64,000 bases of DNA from Callorhinchus milii (GCF_018977255.1 NW_024704896.1:1-64000); one strand, 5' to 3'. Shown: positions 38,451 through 51,278, numbered from the stretch's first letter. Numbers and translations: made by a program. The notes: generated from the sequence alone by a model not told the origin.

Positions 38451-39559
38451 GTATGTGAGTTTCATTCAAATGCATCTATTTGACTAATTGACTCCAATTA
38501 TTTACAAATGTGCCATTTCAACAATCAACTCGACCAATTATCAAGAGAATTGTTTTCATGATGTGGAAAATGTTAATCATCTTCTAAGCGAGGGTTGTTT
38601 GAGGAATTGGCACACTTTTAATTCCTTGTTTTGTAATGTAATTGATTTTTCAAAAGGAACATATCCAGGGAACTTAACTCTAAATTCAGGTAACAAATTT
38701 ATGCAATAGAGGTTGAATCGAAGTATATATTTCCACCCGTAGCTACTTCTACATTCCAAAGAAACGGGGTTTCGTTCGAAATATACTAGCACCAATGTGA
38801 AATATTCTACAGCCTGCTACATTGCATCAAACCACATATTTGACTCAAGTTTATCGAGTTAATTTCATTTCTTTTCACCATTTGTATTGAGGCTTTGGGT
38901 TCCAAATGACTTCTGTTTAATTGTACACAAAGGAAGTCAATATCTAAGCTGGTGTGGTATCTCAGCGTGTTGTCAAATTCTAAGACATGTAAATTAAAGA
39001 AAGCGTGAATAGTGGATTAGAAAGAAAGAAAGACTGAAAGAAAGAAATAAAGAAAGAAAGAAATAAAGAAAGAAAGAAAGAAAGATTGAGGAAGAAGGAG
39101 ACAGAAAGCACTTTGTTTCTTGCACAAGTGAAACTGCATTGAGCAGTTCACAGACTGAGAGGGAAGATAATATTGGCAACGGGCCAAACAGTTAACCTCC
39201 TCCAGCAGCGATGTTAAAGTAACGACATTTACAGCACGGAAACTTTCCATTTGCCTCAACTGTAAACCCACAGAGTTAACGGTGCAAACTAACACCCGAT
39301 TCTCTGCTAAACATTCCCATGATCACAGACACCAAAAGCGTCAATGTGGACAATCCGCTGCAGCAAACACGGATAACATTAGAGAAGGAAGCCTTCACTG
39401 AAGGAGCCTTTATGAGAGGTCATCTCAATTGTGTCAGAGAAATAGTCATACACTTTGTGTTTGCAGCCAAAATCTGGGTAAACTACAGGAGCTTAGTATA
39501 TTTAATCCCTTCCAAATGTCTTTCTATGACTGTTACAGCAGTAATCCTTAGATATGGTG

Positions 39560-40010
39560 AAAAGAATGTCACGTACAAATTACGAATGTTGTCAAGGCCT
39601 TCGACAGGGATCTAAGGCGTTATACTTTAATGAGTACTTGGAAGTGTGGCTGCATTGATGTGAAGAGACTACTGTTTGGCAATGTTCTCCGTAGAGCAGC
39701 GAAGATAGAGAGGAGGTTTTATTCAAATGTTCAAAATTGTGAAAGTTGTTTGATAAGGTAGATCTCGTGAAAATTCTTCCACAGGCCAGTGAATCAATTT
39801 CCAGGGGACACAAGTTTAACCTAATTTGTAAAAGAACCAGAGGGGAAAAGAGGAGAATTGTGTTCACGCGCAAAGTTTTTACAAATTGGAATGCACTGCC
39901 TGAAATTGTACTGCAAACAGATTGTATAATTGACTTCGAAGCGGAATTGGAAGATATCCGTTGTAAGGCTTAGGGGTGAGAGAATGGGATTGGGATCTGA
40001 ACGACAGGTC
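39560..40010 (+). mobile_element. CR1-type LINE 3' fragment in the J1-to-supporting-V intron
   Basis: Degenerate MFKIVK...KVDLVKILP...SRGHKFNL...RRIVFTRKVFTNWNALPE ORF2 C-terminus. Confidence 0.75.
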
Positions 40011-40107
40011 CTTCATGGAGAAGGTTAAGGCAATGTGGGCCGAGGATCCTCCTTTTGTGATGCAAGATGCCATGATTCCAAGTTAACTTGAAATTAAAAC
40101 CCCACAG

Positions 40108-40408
40108 GATCGAGTAATGCAGTTTGCCAGATACACCCTGAACAAGTGGCTGTTGCTGGTGGGACCGTTTCATTGCATTGCAAATATATATTATTCATTG
40201 AAGAAGATTTCAACATCTACTGGTACCGTCAGTCCTCTGGCGAGGCATTGAAATACCTGCTTCAAAGACAATCGTCAGTCAAGGGAGGAACCCCGCTGGA
40301 GAACGTATTTCTTCTTCTCTTGACACTGCCAAGAAAATTAGCATTTTAACTATCGCCGACCTGCGGCTGACAGACTCCGCTGTGTATCACTGTGCACTCA
40401 GTCTGCAC
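40108..40408 (+). pseudogene. TRDV (NAR-TCR supporting): Leaderless supporting TCR-delta V, cassette 1; 1-nt frameshift
   Basis: Acceptor cccacag|GA, then SSNAVCQIHPEQVAVAGGTVSLHC...YWYRQ. One A is missing at about 40290 (ggaggaaccc against ggaggaaaccc in cassette 2). The shifted frame ends YHCALSLH. RSS CACAATG (40409) + 23 bp + ACAATAACC. No leader exon is seen upstream. Confidence 0.88.
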
Positions 40409-41350
40409 CACAATGATACACATCATAGGAAGACTCGTACAATAACCCTCATCACAACCAAAGCTGGGAAACAGTACAGTACAGTTAGTGAGAGACAGTG
40501 TAACAAACCCTCTCCCAACCGCCACCGTGGCTTACACATGATTGAGTTCATATCAAGTCAATCTAAAATATATTAACTTTCACTAAACGCTAGCGACTCT
40601 GGAACACTTCTCCATCAATCTTTTCACCATGAATTCCTCGCAACCTCACACTCCCCAACCCCTCTGCACTTTTTCAAGTGCCGCCTATAAATCATCCTTT
40701 GATATTCACTGTTTATTTTGGGGATGGCTTTCGCCAATGATAAATGTATGATCGACAATTTGTGTTTTGTGTTTGCACTGAAAGCTGGCTCATCTGTGGC
40801 CTCTTTGTGCACTGAACATATTCTCTTATTCTTTCTACCATTCAGTAATTAATTAATACTTAACTTTGGTACAACGCTTTTCACAGAAGAAAACGTCCCA
40901 AAGCACTTCACTTGAAACAATTTAAAGTAAAATGACTTTGTGATTATGGGAGAAAGACAATATGGACACAGTAAGGTACTACAAATATAAACGAAGTGAA
41001 TGACCACTCTATATAAAAAAAATAGAGTGTGTATGGAGCAAGGATTCTTCCTCAACATTTCGCCATGCCAGGAATCAAACCGAAGTCTCCCGTTTGCAAG
41101 TGAGTCTCCAACAACAAAGCAACATGACCCCACATTGCGGTGCACTACCAGCATTGCATTAGAGCTTCACCTCAGAAGACACAGGGTCCAATTTCTGAAC
41201 TGGGCCCTCAAAACACAATCTTCTGACGCAGAGGTGTTCCCATCACTGCTGTGTTGACTATTGCTGCCATATCTGTTTTCATACCCAATTCATAACACAA
41301 ACGTTTATCTTTCAAGCTACCTTCAAACCCTTTGGTGCCCACTTGGAAAC

Positions 41351-41784
41351 ATGAAGCTGAAGCTGTTCAATTCATTTTTGCTTTGCCAAAATTGTAAGTC
41401 ATTCTCCCTCACCATTAAAACAGTATGGGGATTTACATTTGGTCTTTGTTTCAAACGAATAACGTGTTACCTCAGGCTATAGGGACAACGAATGTATTCA
41501 GTGTTGAACCATCACGGATGGAAGTGTCCGTTACTGAAGGCCAGATTGTAACTCTGAGCTGCACATACTCTACTGATTTCACCAATATTTTAATGTTCTG
41601 ATGCCGTCAGTAAACAGGGTAACCTCCTCTATACACACGTAGATATGATTTTAATGTGGACACTTTCGGTGCTGAATTGGCAACACATTGTTTCAACACT
41701 AATCTGGATACGAGGAGGGAAATAACCAATGGAACTTTGCTCCCGGTGTCTCTCTCTGTTATGGCCAAACATTGTGCCATCACA
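41351..41784 (+). pseudogene. TCR V family E pseudogene
   Basis: Leader 41351-41393 and V exon from 41483. Conserved Trp is TGA, with a further TAA and indels. RSS degenerate. Paralogue of the intact 57851-58300 segment. Confidence 0.85.
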
Positions 41785-42818
41785 CACTGTGTTACCGTCA
41801 GACTACACCACTGTCCATAAACCTCCATAGAGACGAGTAAGGGTTTCATCTCAGCACAGATGTTTGTCCTGACAGTTGACCTATTTCACAGATTGTGACT
41901 TTGCTGCTGTGTATCTCAGAGGAAACACGTAGTAAATTGCCAACCTCAAGCATAATGTGATAGAGTGGTTCAGGAAATGAAATAGTGAAAGAAATATTTT
42001 GAATCCTTACATTTAATGCAACGACTTATCATGTCTTCGAGATGCCCCAAATTGATTCACAGAATCTACTTTAAAGTGAGTTGATAGGCAATTGACTGAC
42101 AGATACAGTCACTACACATCACGTTATATCATGTTTAATACTTTGAGATGTCCCAATTTCATAACATATTTGCTCCTTTGGCCACAGATTTCGGTCCATT
42201 TCTCTCAGTGAAGGTTAACTGTGCACATTTCAGTGATATTGTCGTTAAACTTGTTTTGTGTGAATCAGAATTTAATCGTGTATTCAATTTCATTCCTAAC
42301 GCTTCATATCATACATCACACTTCGTTTCCAAATTAGACTTTTATAGCAGCTGAATTTCTTTCGCAGATTGAAGATAATTGTCAAAACAACCAGAGGAGA
42401 GACGGAGGGAATTGTTTTTAATAATAGTCTTGTTACGGTTTACAATGTAAATTGTGAAATTGTGCAACAGATTCGATAACAGTTTTCGAAAAGGAATTGG
42501 ACTGGAACTTACAAAGGAAAATAAAATTGCATGGATAAGGGGAAAGAATGGGAAGTGCGATTGATTGTTTGCTCTTTTATAGGGTCGAAACAGTCACAAT
42601 GGACAGAATAAGCTCCATCTCTCCTTTATAATCCACCATACTATTGTTCTATGATGTTAATCGTATAAAGATAATTGATTGCAAAGAATTACTGAACTCG
42701 TGGAATTTTTGGTCTTGACCTATTGAATGAAAGCACACGTCGTCATTGCGGAAGCTGGAGCCAATCACCTCAAATATCTCGCAGTTAATCAATGGGCGTC
42801 TGCACAGAGTGCTGAACG

Positions 42819-43639
42819 ATGGGGGGAACTGTGATCTGGGTGGCACTGGCTGCTTTTCTGACAGGTAATTAATTCAGGCATATCGCCAATGTTACTGTCA
42901 ATGTTCAACATTGAATGCGTAGCTTTTATTAGTGGAGTTTTGAAACTCAGTGTTTAGAGCATTGGCCTCACAAGCGAGAGCCCTGAGTTCGGTTCCCCGT
43001 CGGGAGAAACATTGGGCAAGTTTCCTTAAACCACACGCAGCACAAAAACATGTTTGGCAGTGGATTGGCGTATCGCTTTTACGCGGTTAATAATTAATTC
43101 AAAATAAATCATTGCCTCATAAATTAGTCACTTGGTGTAAGCTTGTTTGTAGGTTTGCCCAATTGTTTGCCGCATTTCGACTGCAAAACATACAGTCAAA
43201 TCACTTAACACTATGTTCTTTCAAGCGCTGTGAAACGTCTCGAAGTTGTGGTAAGGCACTATATCAAACGTATAGAACATTTAATTGTTAAGTATGTTCA
43301 AAGTAATTTTTATTTCACGCTTCTTTTTCAGGTCTGAGCCGGGGAGATTATGTTACTCATTCGGTTCCTTCAGTGACTGAGACAGAAGGAGGACAGGTGA
43401 CTTTGGATAGTAATTATGCTACAACACTGAGCGACTATTGTTTGTACTGGTACCGACAGCTCTCAGAGAAACAACCCGAGTATATCCTCAGGAGCTGTAC
43501 AGTTCTCCCAGAACATAAAGCGGCTTTTGCTCAATCTCGTTTCTCAGTTGAGCTGCAGACCTCGAGAACATCCAACAAATTAACCATCTCCCAGTTAGAG
43601 TTGTCTGACTCTGCTGTGTATTACTGTGCACTCAGCACC
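42819..43639 (+). CDS. TRAV/TRDV: TCR V family D copy 1; open ORF lacking canonical Cys23 but with CDR1 and CDR2 cysteines
   Basis: Leader 42819-42864 (MGGTVIWVALAAFLT, G|GTAATT). V exon 43332-43639: VTLDSNYATTLSDYCLYWYRQ...YILRSC...YYCALST. RSS CACAGTG (43640) + 23 bp + ACAAAAACT. Confidence 0.85.
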
Positions 43640-45698
43640 CACAGTGATGGATGCCAGAGACCACCTCGTACAAAAACTCTCCTGGCTTTGTGCGGTGGCG
43701 CTGAGGCGAGCAGTCTGTTTCCAGGAAACGTCGGTCCTGTCTCACAGAAACGACGTTCACCACAAGTCAATCTGTCTGCTGAAGGTTCACAAAATTGTGT
43801 GTCACCACATAAATAGAGGGTGAAATATCCAGCGAATCGAGTACAACAGGCGAGATTATGTTGGTTTACTGCAAATGCAGCAATAAAAAACATTTGGTCT
43901 ATTATATTTTTCGAATCTAAGGAAGAAGGTGGAATGCAGAAAACACACAGAATAAAAGCATTGGAAGAAAGGGATATTGTGTGATTTTGCAGAATATGTT
44001 TTACCGCTCTGTCCTCGCAAGTCAGAGGATCCAGTTTTTGATTCTCGTTCAGGCCAAAACGTTGGGCAAATGTAATGACTCTACACGCCTCTGTTAAACC
44101 AGTAGAAAGAAAAGAATGGCAGTTTGTCAATTTATGGATCTCTTTCCTTGGGGAACTGTTCCCTTAAATCATTACAAACAATAATAATGTGTTGATCACT
44201 CAATCCAAGTTTGGTTGCCTGCATATTAGAAAGACATTTGACTTGATATTGATAATCTTTGGATTTGCTGTAGCGCCTTACCACCACTACGAGACGACTC
44301 ACAACGCTTCACAGAATCTACTTTGAAGTGAATCAAATCTAATTTTTTTGACTGCGGCAAATTGTACAATAGAGGGCGTCAATGTATTATCGTTTTCCAA
44401 TTCTTGATGTTGAAAGTTTAAGTCAACTAAAATCGCGACTTTGAAATTTTCTCCTAAATTACGACGAAGTTCCGAAGAAATATAATTGGTATTCGCGGAG
44501 AATTTCAAGGAGTGGAGAAAATCAGATAAAACTGATAAATTTTCCCTGTAATAGTACCTTCAAAATTAATAATAATAATTGTTTAAAACACAAAATACGG
44601 CAGATGCTGGAATCTGAAAAAAAATCAGAGAGCTGGTAAAAGTCAACAGGTCATGCAGCATCCATGGAGAAAAGACAGTTAGTCAACGTTTCGGATCGCT
44701 TCGGCGAAACTGAATAACAATTGTTTGTTCACTTAATCACTTAATCCACGATTGTTTGTGAGAATGCTGTGGGCAATGGTCTGCCGTTTATCGCCCACAA
44801 AATATACCGTCAATTCCCTTTACATTATGTTCTGTGAAGCGTTAGAGATGTGTCTAAGACGCGAAGATACTATTATGAAATGCAACGATCATTATTATTA
44901 GTAGTAAACTAATAATTGGTCTGTCTGTTTAGCTGGACGTTAACCATAACATGGCACTGTTTGAAATATATCTCAAATTACTCTTTTGTTTTCCAGCAAT
45001 GGCTGTCATGAGCAACCGTTTCTGAAGAACAATTGATGCTTGATCAGACAATGTTGGCACTTTGTTCCAATATTATTTTCGGAACAACATTTCAAGTCAT
45101 CCCATGGACACAATTGTGATCCTTCAAATAAAGCTATTTTACTTTCTCGCTGTTACCTTTTGGGGGCTCAGAAAGTGTGCAAACCATTCAACATGCGTAA
45201 GAGTATCCAATTCAGCCAAAGATTTCCATGTATCCCACCTACAAATGGATATCCCAGAGATAGATTGTTGGAATGGAATACAAACCCTCTCCCTGGAGGG
45301 ACACATCTTTATTAAGTAATTCGGTGGAGCATTAGACGCAAGTTGGCAAGAGCCAAAGCTTGGGTCCTCAGAGTGTGCGTTGGGATATCTGCTTCAGTCT
45401 AACTGGCTAAAACCACACAGCTTGCCTATCCAGCAAGCTTTTCCGCTATGTGTTCATCTAACGCATTCATTTCCGTTAGGGCTACACATGCAGGGTTAAC
45501 CGGAGCCGAGTGAAAGGATTCACTGCCCAAAGAGACGAGTGAAAGGCGCTATATAAAAGCCATCAGTTGTTCTTTTTGGAACGCGGCTGAGATGTCAATA
45601 AGGTGACGTGAGACTGTGGCTCCGCCAATGCCAATAATCACTGCGGGTTATCAGCAAACTGATGCCACAGACACAACCACACGAACTGAAGAGTAGCA

Positions 45699-46582
45699 AT
45701 GAGGCTGTTTGCTGTCTGTCTTGTGCTGGGTAACTTTATGGCAGGTGAGGCTGTGTTGAGCTGATAGATTTCGACAACAATTGGTGGAAGGAGTCCTGTA
45801 ACTTAGAGAAGGGAGCGTTCACCTCACAAACGAGAAGATCTTGGTTTGGTTACTGGGCAGGGTGAAAACTTAGGCAATTTTCATTACTCCACACACATAG
45901 CTCTGTTTACCCAGGAGCTGCAGGTATCCTGTTGCTGAACGCAGGGGTAGCAATCCAAATCAAATAGTACTGTGTTCGTTCATTCGACGTTTCTTGGAGT
46001 AACACTCCTATGCTTGAACAGCTGCCGCGTTTCGCAGAAAAATATACACAACGGTTCACTTCACAGCATAATCTGTGAAGGACATTCAAACGTCTTAACT
46101 ACGTGATAATGTTCTATAAAATTCATTGATTATGGTTGTCTCAGTATTAACAAATAGCATGCTCGTAATGGCTTTCGGGACAACGGACATTCAAAGGCGC
46201 TGAAAAACTAAATCAAATAAGCAGTAAATAATATATTGTTGTGCTCTTGCATGTTTACTACAGAACTCTGTGGAGCGGACACTGTCAGTCAAAAAGCTGC
46301 TACGATGGTATGCAAAAAAGGAGATACTGTGACTTTTAATTGTACCTTTTCCACGAATGAGAGCGCTTTCTTTCTGTTCTGGTACCGCCAATACCCAGTC
46401 AAAAAAACAGAGTTTATGGTTTGGAGATTCTCATATAATAACAAAGAAACCAAAGGAGCTGCAATTGGAAATAGATTTTCTTCTCAGCTTGACATTCTCC
46501 AGTCTGTCACCAGGTTATCCATCTCTGAGCTGCAGGTGTCTGACAGCGCAATGTATCTCTGTGCTATCACTCCCTCTGTTCT
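45699..46582 (+). CDS. TRDV: TCR delta-type V segment, family C copy 2; apparently functional, extra FR1 Cys
   Basis: Leader 45699-45744. V exon 46264-46582: TMVCKKGDTVTFNC...FWYRQ...YLCAIT. RSS CACAGTG (46583) + 23 bp + ACAAAAACT. Confidence 0.88.
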
Positions 46583-46789
46583 CACAGTGATGCAAACCAG
46601 CCACAGCCTCGTACAAAAACTACCCTGGCTATGTGAGCTTGGTCTTTCCAACTGATCAATTCAGATTATTCAGAGTCAGGTTTTGTGTGCCTGTTTGGGA
46701 AACCACATTCACCACAAGTCAGCAGGTCTGCTGAAAGTCCACGTAATTATGTATCACAATTTATAGTAAGTAAAATAAACTCTCGGTTG

Positions 46790-47330
46790 GGTGAAGCAGC
46801 CCAACTATAATAAGGAAATAGTTGAATGTGGCAGGAGAGGTAGATAAAGCTGTTAAAAAAGAAAACATACGGGATCCTATGCCTCATGAATAGGGGCATA
46901 GAATACAAAAGTCAGGAAGTTCTGATGAAACTTGATAAAACACTGGTTAGGCTTCAGCTTGACACTCTGCTCTGTTCTCGGCCCACAATTTATGTAGGAT
47001 ATCAAGGCATTTGAATGGGTGCAAAGTAGGTTAACCAGATTGAACCAGGAATGAGGGACTTCAGTTTTGTATGGAGGAGACTTAATATAAATTTTCAAAA
47101 TAATGAGGGAATTCTATATGTGGAACAATGGGAAACTATTTCCTCTTGCCAGTGTGTCAAAAACGACACCAATCTAAAATTTATGATGAAAGAAACGGAG
47201 GGGAGGGGAGTATATCTTTTTTNCCTACAGCGTGTTGTTCGGATCTTGAATCCATTGCCTGAAATTGCAGTGGAAACTGAAGCGATAACAAAGTTTAAGA
47301 GAGAAATTGATTACTTGGAGGTAAAATACT
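46790..47330 (+). mobile_element. Degenerate CR1-type LINE ORF2 fragment
   Basis: gcatagaatacaaaagtcaggaagttctgatgaaacttgataaaacactggttagg is a CR1 RT C-terminal signature (IEYKSQEVLMKL.KTLVR). Confidence 0.7.
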
Positions 47331-48176
47331 TTGCCAGTCGTTTCACCTTGGGAAAAGATCAGCTCAAAGAAGATCCGGTGTAAAAACTTACCAACATTGC
47401 CGCTTACACTTCAAAATTATATCGAAGTTACACTGATACAGGGCGTTTTACAAAGCCTTGGAGAGTACAGCCTTACACCTGATCTTCGGAGGGTTGGTTG
47501 GAGTGGGTGGGGTGGGGGAAGGAGTGGTGGTCGGAGGCATTTTTGGAGGTGAGAGCTAATGAGACAGATTTTCGTTGGTGAAAGTTGTGATTGGGGAGCT
47601 GGAAGGAGAGGGTTGTAACTGGGCGAAGTGGGGAAGCTGAGAGGAGTACCTGAGGGTAAGTAGGAAAGACATTGGAAAGCGGTTGTTGAAGAGGAGAGAG
47701 TTGAGATGGAGGGTCTTTATCCGAGTGGAATATGAAGGGTGCACGACTTATCCTGCACTCAATGGATAGCTGAGTAAATCTAAACAAATTTACTCGCATC
47801 GTAAATGTATCTATGATGACAAAAAACATACACGGTTATTCTCCTGAAACACCGTTAGATGTCACCATATCACAATACAACAAAGCTGTCTTTTATAAAG
47901 AAGCTTTCACATTGGGAGAAAGCCCAATTACCAGTGAGCACTGCAGATAAGGTGGAATACTATATCTTTTTGGAAAGAACACTAATGGCGCCACGAGAGG
48001 ACCCGATTGTGATACCCGTGTGGGGCGAAAACTTAGGGAAGTTTCCTTATGTCAAATGCCACTCTTTACCAAGCAGTAAATTGGAATCCGGTTGCTAGCC
48101 CATTGGAGTATTGCTTTCTGGGGACAATAATTCATCCAACAAGAAACAAAGAAACAAAGAAACACAGAAACAGAGG

Positions 48177-48222
48177 GACGGACGGACGGACGGACGGACG
48201 GATGGATGGATGGATGGATGGA
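48177..48222. repeat. Compound (GGAC)n(GGAT)n microsatellite
   Basis: Direct reading. Confidence 0.95.
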
Positions 48223-49730
48223 TTTATAGATACGCGCATCAATAGGCATAGCAATAAGCACATCAATAAGCACAGCAATGAATATATACATCAAATAATA
48301 TTTCGGTCTCTCAAACCACCATTATATCGGACCACTGCTGTGCACAATTACCAGCCTCATTTCACTCACACAATACAAGGTCATTCCAATTTGCAGTGTA
48401 TGTTCAGAAGCAATTTTAGGTGTCTCAAAGACGTGCTAAAGCGCTACCTGAAATTCGAGAAACTATGATTATAGGGATAAATTTGGGTTCATCATCATCG
48501 AAATTATCACCGCTTCCTCACACACAACCTCAAAAAGGAATTGTGCACCGAACTCATCATGGAAGTCAAAAATAAACTCAAGGTTCTGTTTCCATCGTTG
48601 ATCAGCTCACCCTCACACCCCTCAATCACTTCGATCCTCAGTACAGAGAAGTCTCATAGCGCTTCATACAACATACCGTAAAGGACAGCGACTGCATGTT
48701 TTGTGAGCAAAACCTGGTAGATGATTACACACATTTTTGCTTTCAGTGATCAAATTTTTATTGCTATGACTATTTATAAGAGATTTTTACCTTTGGAATG
48801 CTATCAGTTTATCGAAAGCAAGCGAGATCCTAGCCGTTGCTGGATAGACAGATACGCGTGTGCGATTTGTGTCTGTGTGTGAGTGTGTATGTCTGTGTGT
48901 GTGGGGTAAATAAACTTGCCTAAGTTTTCAACGACAGACAGACAGACAGAGATGCACAGAAATACAGACAGAGATACAAACTGGCCGAGGCACAGGTCAA
49001 TAATAATCCTTAGTTTCGATACAGCGCTTTTTCATGTTGATAACACTTGTTAAAGCTTTTCAAAGGATATACTGTGAAGTAAACATTCTAACATCTGCCT
49101 CCGCTTTCTTCTCTCGGTCATCGTGCGGCGCTACATCCCTGTATCACTCACTCTGCCCACTTCAGCATTTATAAATGCCCCAAACCTACACCACTTTACC
49201 GAATGCTTCCCTCCTCCTTCTCCAACATCGTCAATCGCATGATCAATCACAAGAATCCCGGCTGCCTTGACCGGGCTCCCCACTCAGTTGCTGAACAATG
49301 TAATGGAACTCATTCCAAGTCAAAGGTGTGTTAGAAGCTGCTTCATGTGTCTTTACCAACTCTCAGTAAGGTCCCACTCTACAACACACAGCCTTTGTCC
49401 CACTCTCAGTATCAGTTTATAATTCCTTTCGTTGGCTCCACGTCGGTTGTCCATTTAATTATAATTGAGCTTCAACAGTCACCACAAATCGACATATTCT
49501 GCCCGCTGATCTCTGGCACAGTGATTCAGTCCCTTTCCTCAAGTAAGGTCTCCCCACGCCGACCGAAAGCCAACACCCCGCCCACCCCTCAAAGCCTCTG
49601 TCACCAGCCATGATGTCACGCTGTTCAACACAAAGAAATCAAATCTCCAACGCTCTCACAGAGCAGCCCTGTTTTACTCATAGTCACTCTGAGGTGTCCG
49701 GGATTGATGGTATCTCCCAGCGGTGAGAAA

Positions 49731-50452
49731 ATGTCTCTCCTCGGTGTCTCCATCAACTTCCTCTTCTTACAATGTAAGTGTTTGTTTCCATAACACAGCA
49801 CTGCATAGCACCAGTGAATGTCATCAATACATAGTGCAATATAATAATAAAAATCCTTGCATTGATACAGCGAATGATAACGTCAATGAGACTTCCCAAA
49901 GTGCTTCATGGAAAATAAAGTGAATTGACTTTTTAGTGTTCGAAACGTGGCAGGCAAATGAGATAATTTTTTTTCATAAATGTATTTTATCATGTATTAT
50001 AACAATTCACATCAATTGATATTATAACCATAATTTATTTAATGACCATCTTATATCAGTTGGCATCAACCGAAATAATTCGAAGTCTTGGGAAATAATT
50101 TTAAAAACAGTGGTTATTATTGAAGTTTTCTTTAACTGATGTAATGTTTTCCTTAATTTTCAGATGTTTTCAGTGCCTCAGTGAAGCAGACGCCATCCTC
50201 TCTTAGGAAAGAAGAATGCGACTCTTTGACCATCAGTTGTGTCTTTGAAGAAGGGTACTATGATACATTCATCAACATTGAATTTCCTATGCAGTTTGGA
50301 AAAGGCACAGCTTGGAAGCCCATATCCCGTGAAAGACGTTTTGTTGTAAAGACAGACAAGGCATCGAAGTCGTCTTCTCTGGAAATTAATGACTTGCAAG
50401 TTGAAGACAGCACTGACTACAAATGTACAGCTCGATACTATTACTATGATAC
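49731..50452 (+). CDS. NAR-TCR V: NAR-TCR (IgNAR-like) V segment, cassette 2; intact
   Basis: Leader 49731-49773 (MSLLGVSINFLFLQ). V exon 50164-50452: SVKQTPSSLRKEECDSLTISC...SSSLEINDLQVEDSTDYKCTARYYYYD. RSS CACAATG (50453) + 22 bp + ACAAAAAGC. Confidence 0.9.
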
Positions 50453-50801
50453 CACAATGCGGTACCTGGGCTTCCCACAATACAAAAAGCCCTTCACCAA
50501 CTCACAGGAAAATCACAGAGAATGTGAACTCCTCAATGTTTCAATACACATTCCTCACTGGTATGTGATGCACAGTGATATGTAATAGCACTTCCTTGAG
50601 AAAACGACTTTTGTTTAAGAATACTTAGGAAAAGTGAGTGAGTATGAACCTGACGTAAGAGCTTTTTTGGATTCATGTAACTAGCAAGCAGACAGCATAC
50701 AAAGATCTCCAAGGACAATATACTAAAGAACTTTACAGTTATGTCACTGATTGATCATTTTTAAATGACAGGAAACATTTTAATTGTTTCTTCAAACCAT
50801 T

Positions 50802-50872
50802 GCTTTTTGTGTTGACGGTAAAACAATGTGTTAGCTGGGGAAGGCACACTGGAAAACATCAGCACAAATACC
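50802..50872 (+). other. NAR-TCR D segment 2 (50831-50844, ttagctggggaagg) with 13/12 RSS
   Basis: GCTTTTTGT-13-CAATGTG [D] CACACTG-12-ACAAATACC. Confidence 0.88.
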
Positions 50873-51185
50873 GTACAGCTATTGACTTGTAAATGCATCG
50901 GGCGTGTCACTGATGATGGTGTCCTATTCTGCGTTGTTCAATGTGTCGAAATTTTGCTTTCGAAATATATTACTTCAAGCAGATGTTTGCTGGAGCTTTA
51001 TATGAAAATGGTCTCATTGCCGTGCACTTTGTCTGTGTTTGGGTGGAAATAATATCGAAATTAAACATGATTTGGAAGCACAAAATATTGGAAGATGGGA
51101 CAGTGTTGGAGTGATAGCAATTAATGACCAATTTGAAATCAAATGATGTTATTGGTGACTGTATTACACCATGAACTGATTGCAC

Positions 51186-51278
51186 AGTTTTTGCACCTTG
51201 TAGATTGAGAGCCGTGTGACTGTGGTTTTAAAGAATATACCGAAGATGGATCACCAACCAAAGTAACCGTAACGAAAA
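51186..51278 (+). other. NAR-TCR J segment 2 (51225-51278) with 23-RSS and splice donor
   Basis: AGTTTTTGC-23-GACTGTG, coding FKEYTEDGSPTKVTVTK, phase-1 donor GTAAGT. Confidence 0.88.

Noticed and set aside
38455-38460. Alternative J1 donor GTGAGT
   Set aside because: It would give a phase-2 junction incompatible with the supporting V. The donor at 38451 is homologous to those of J2 and J3.
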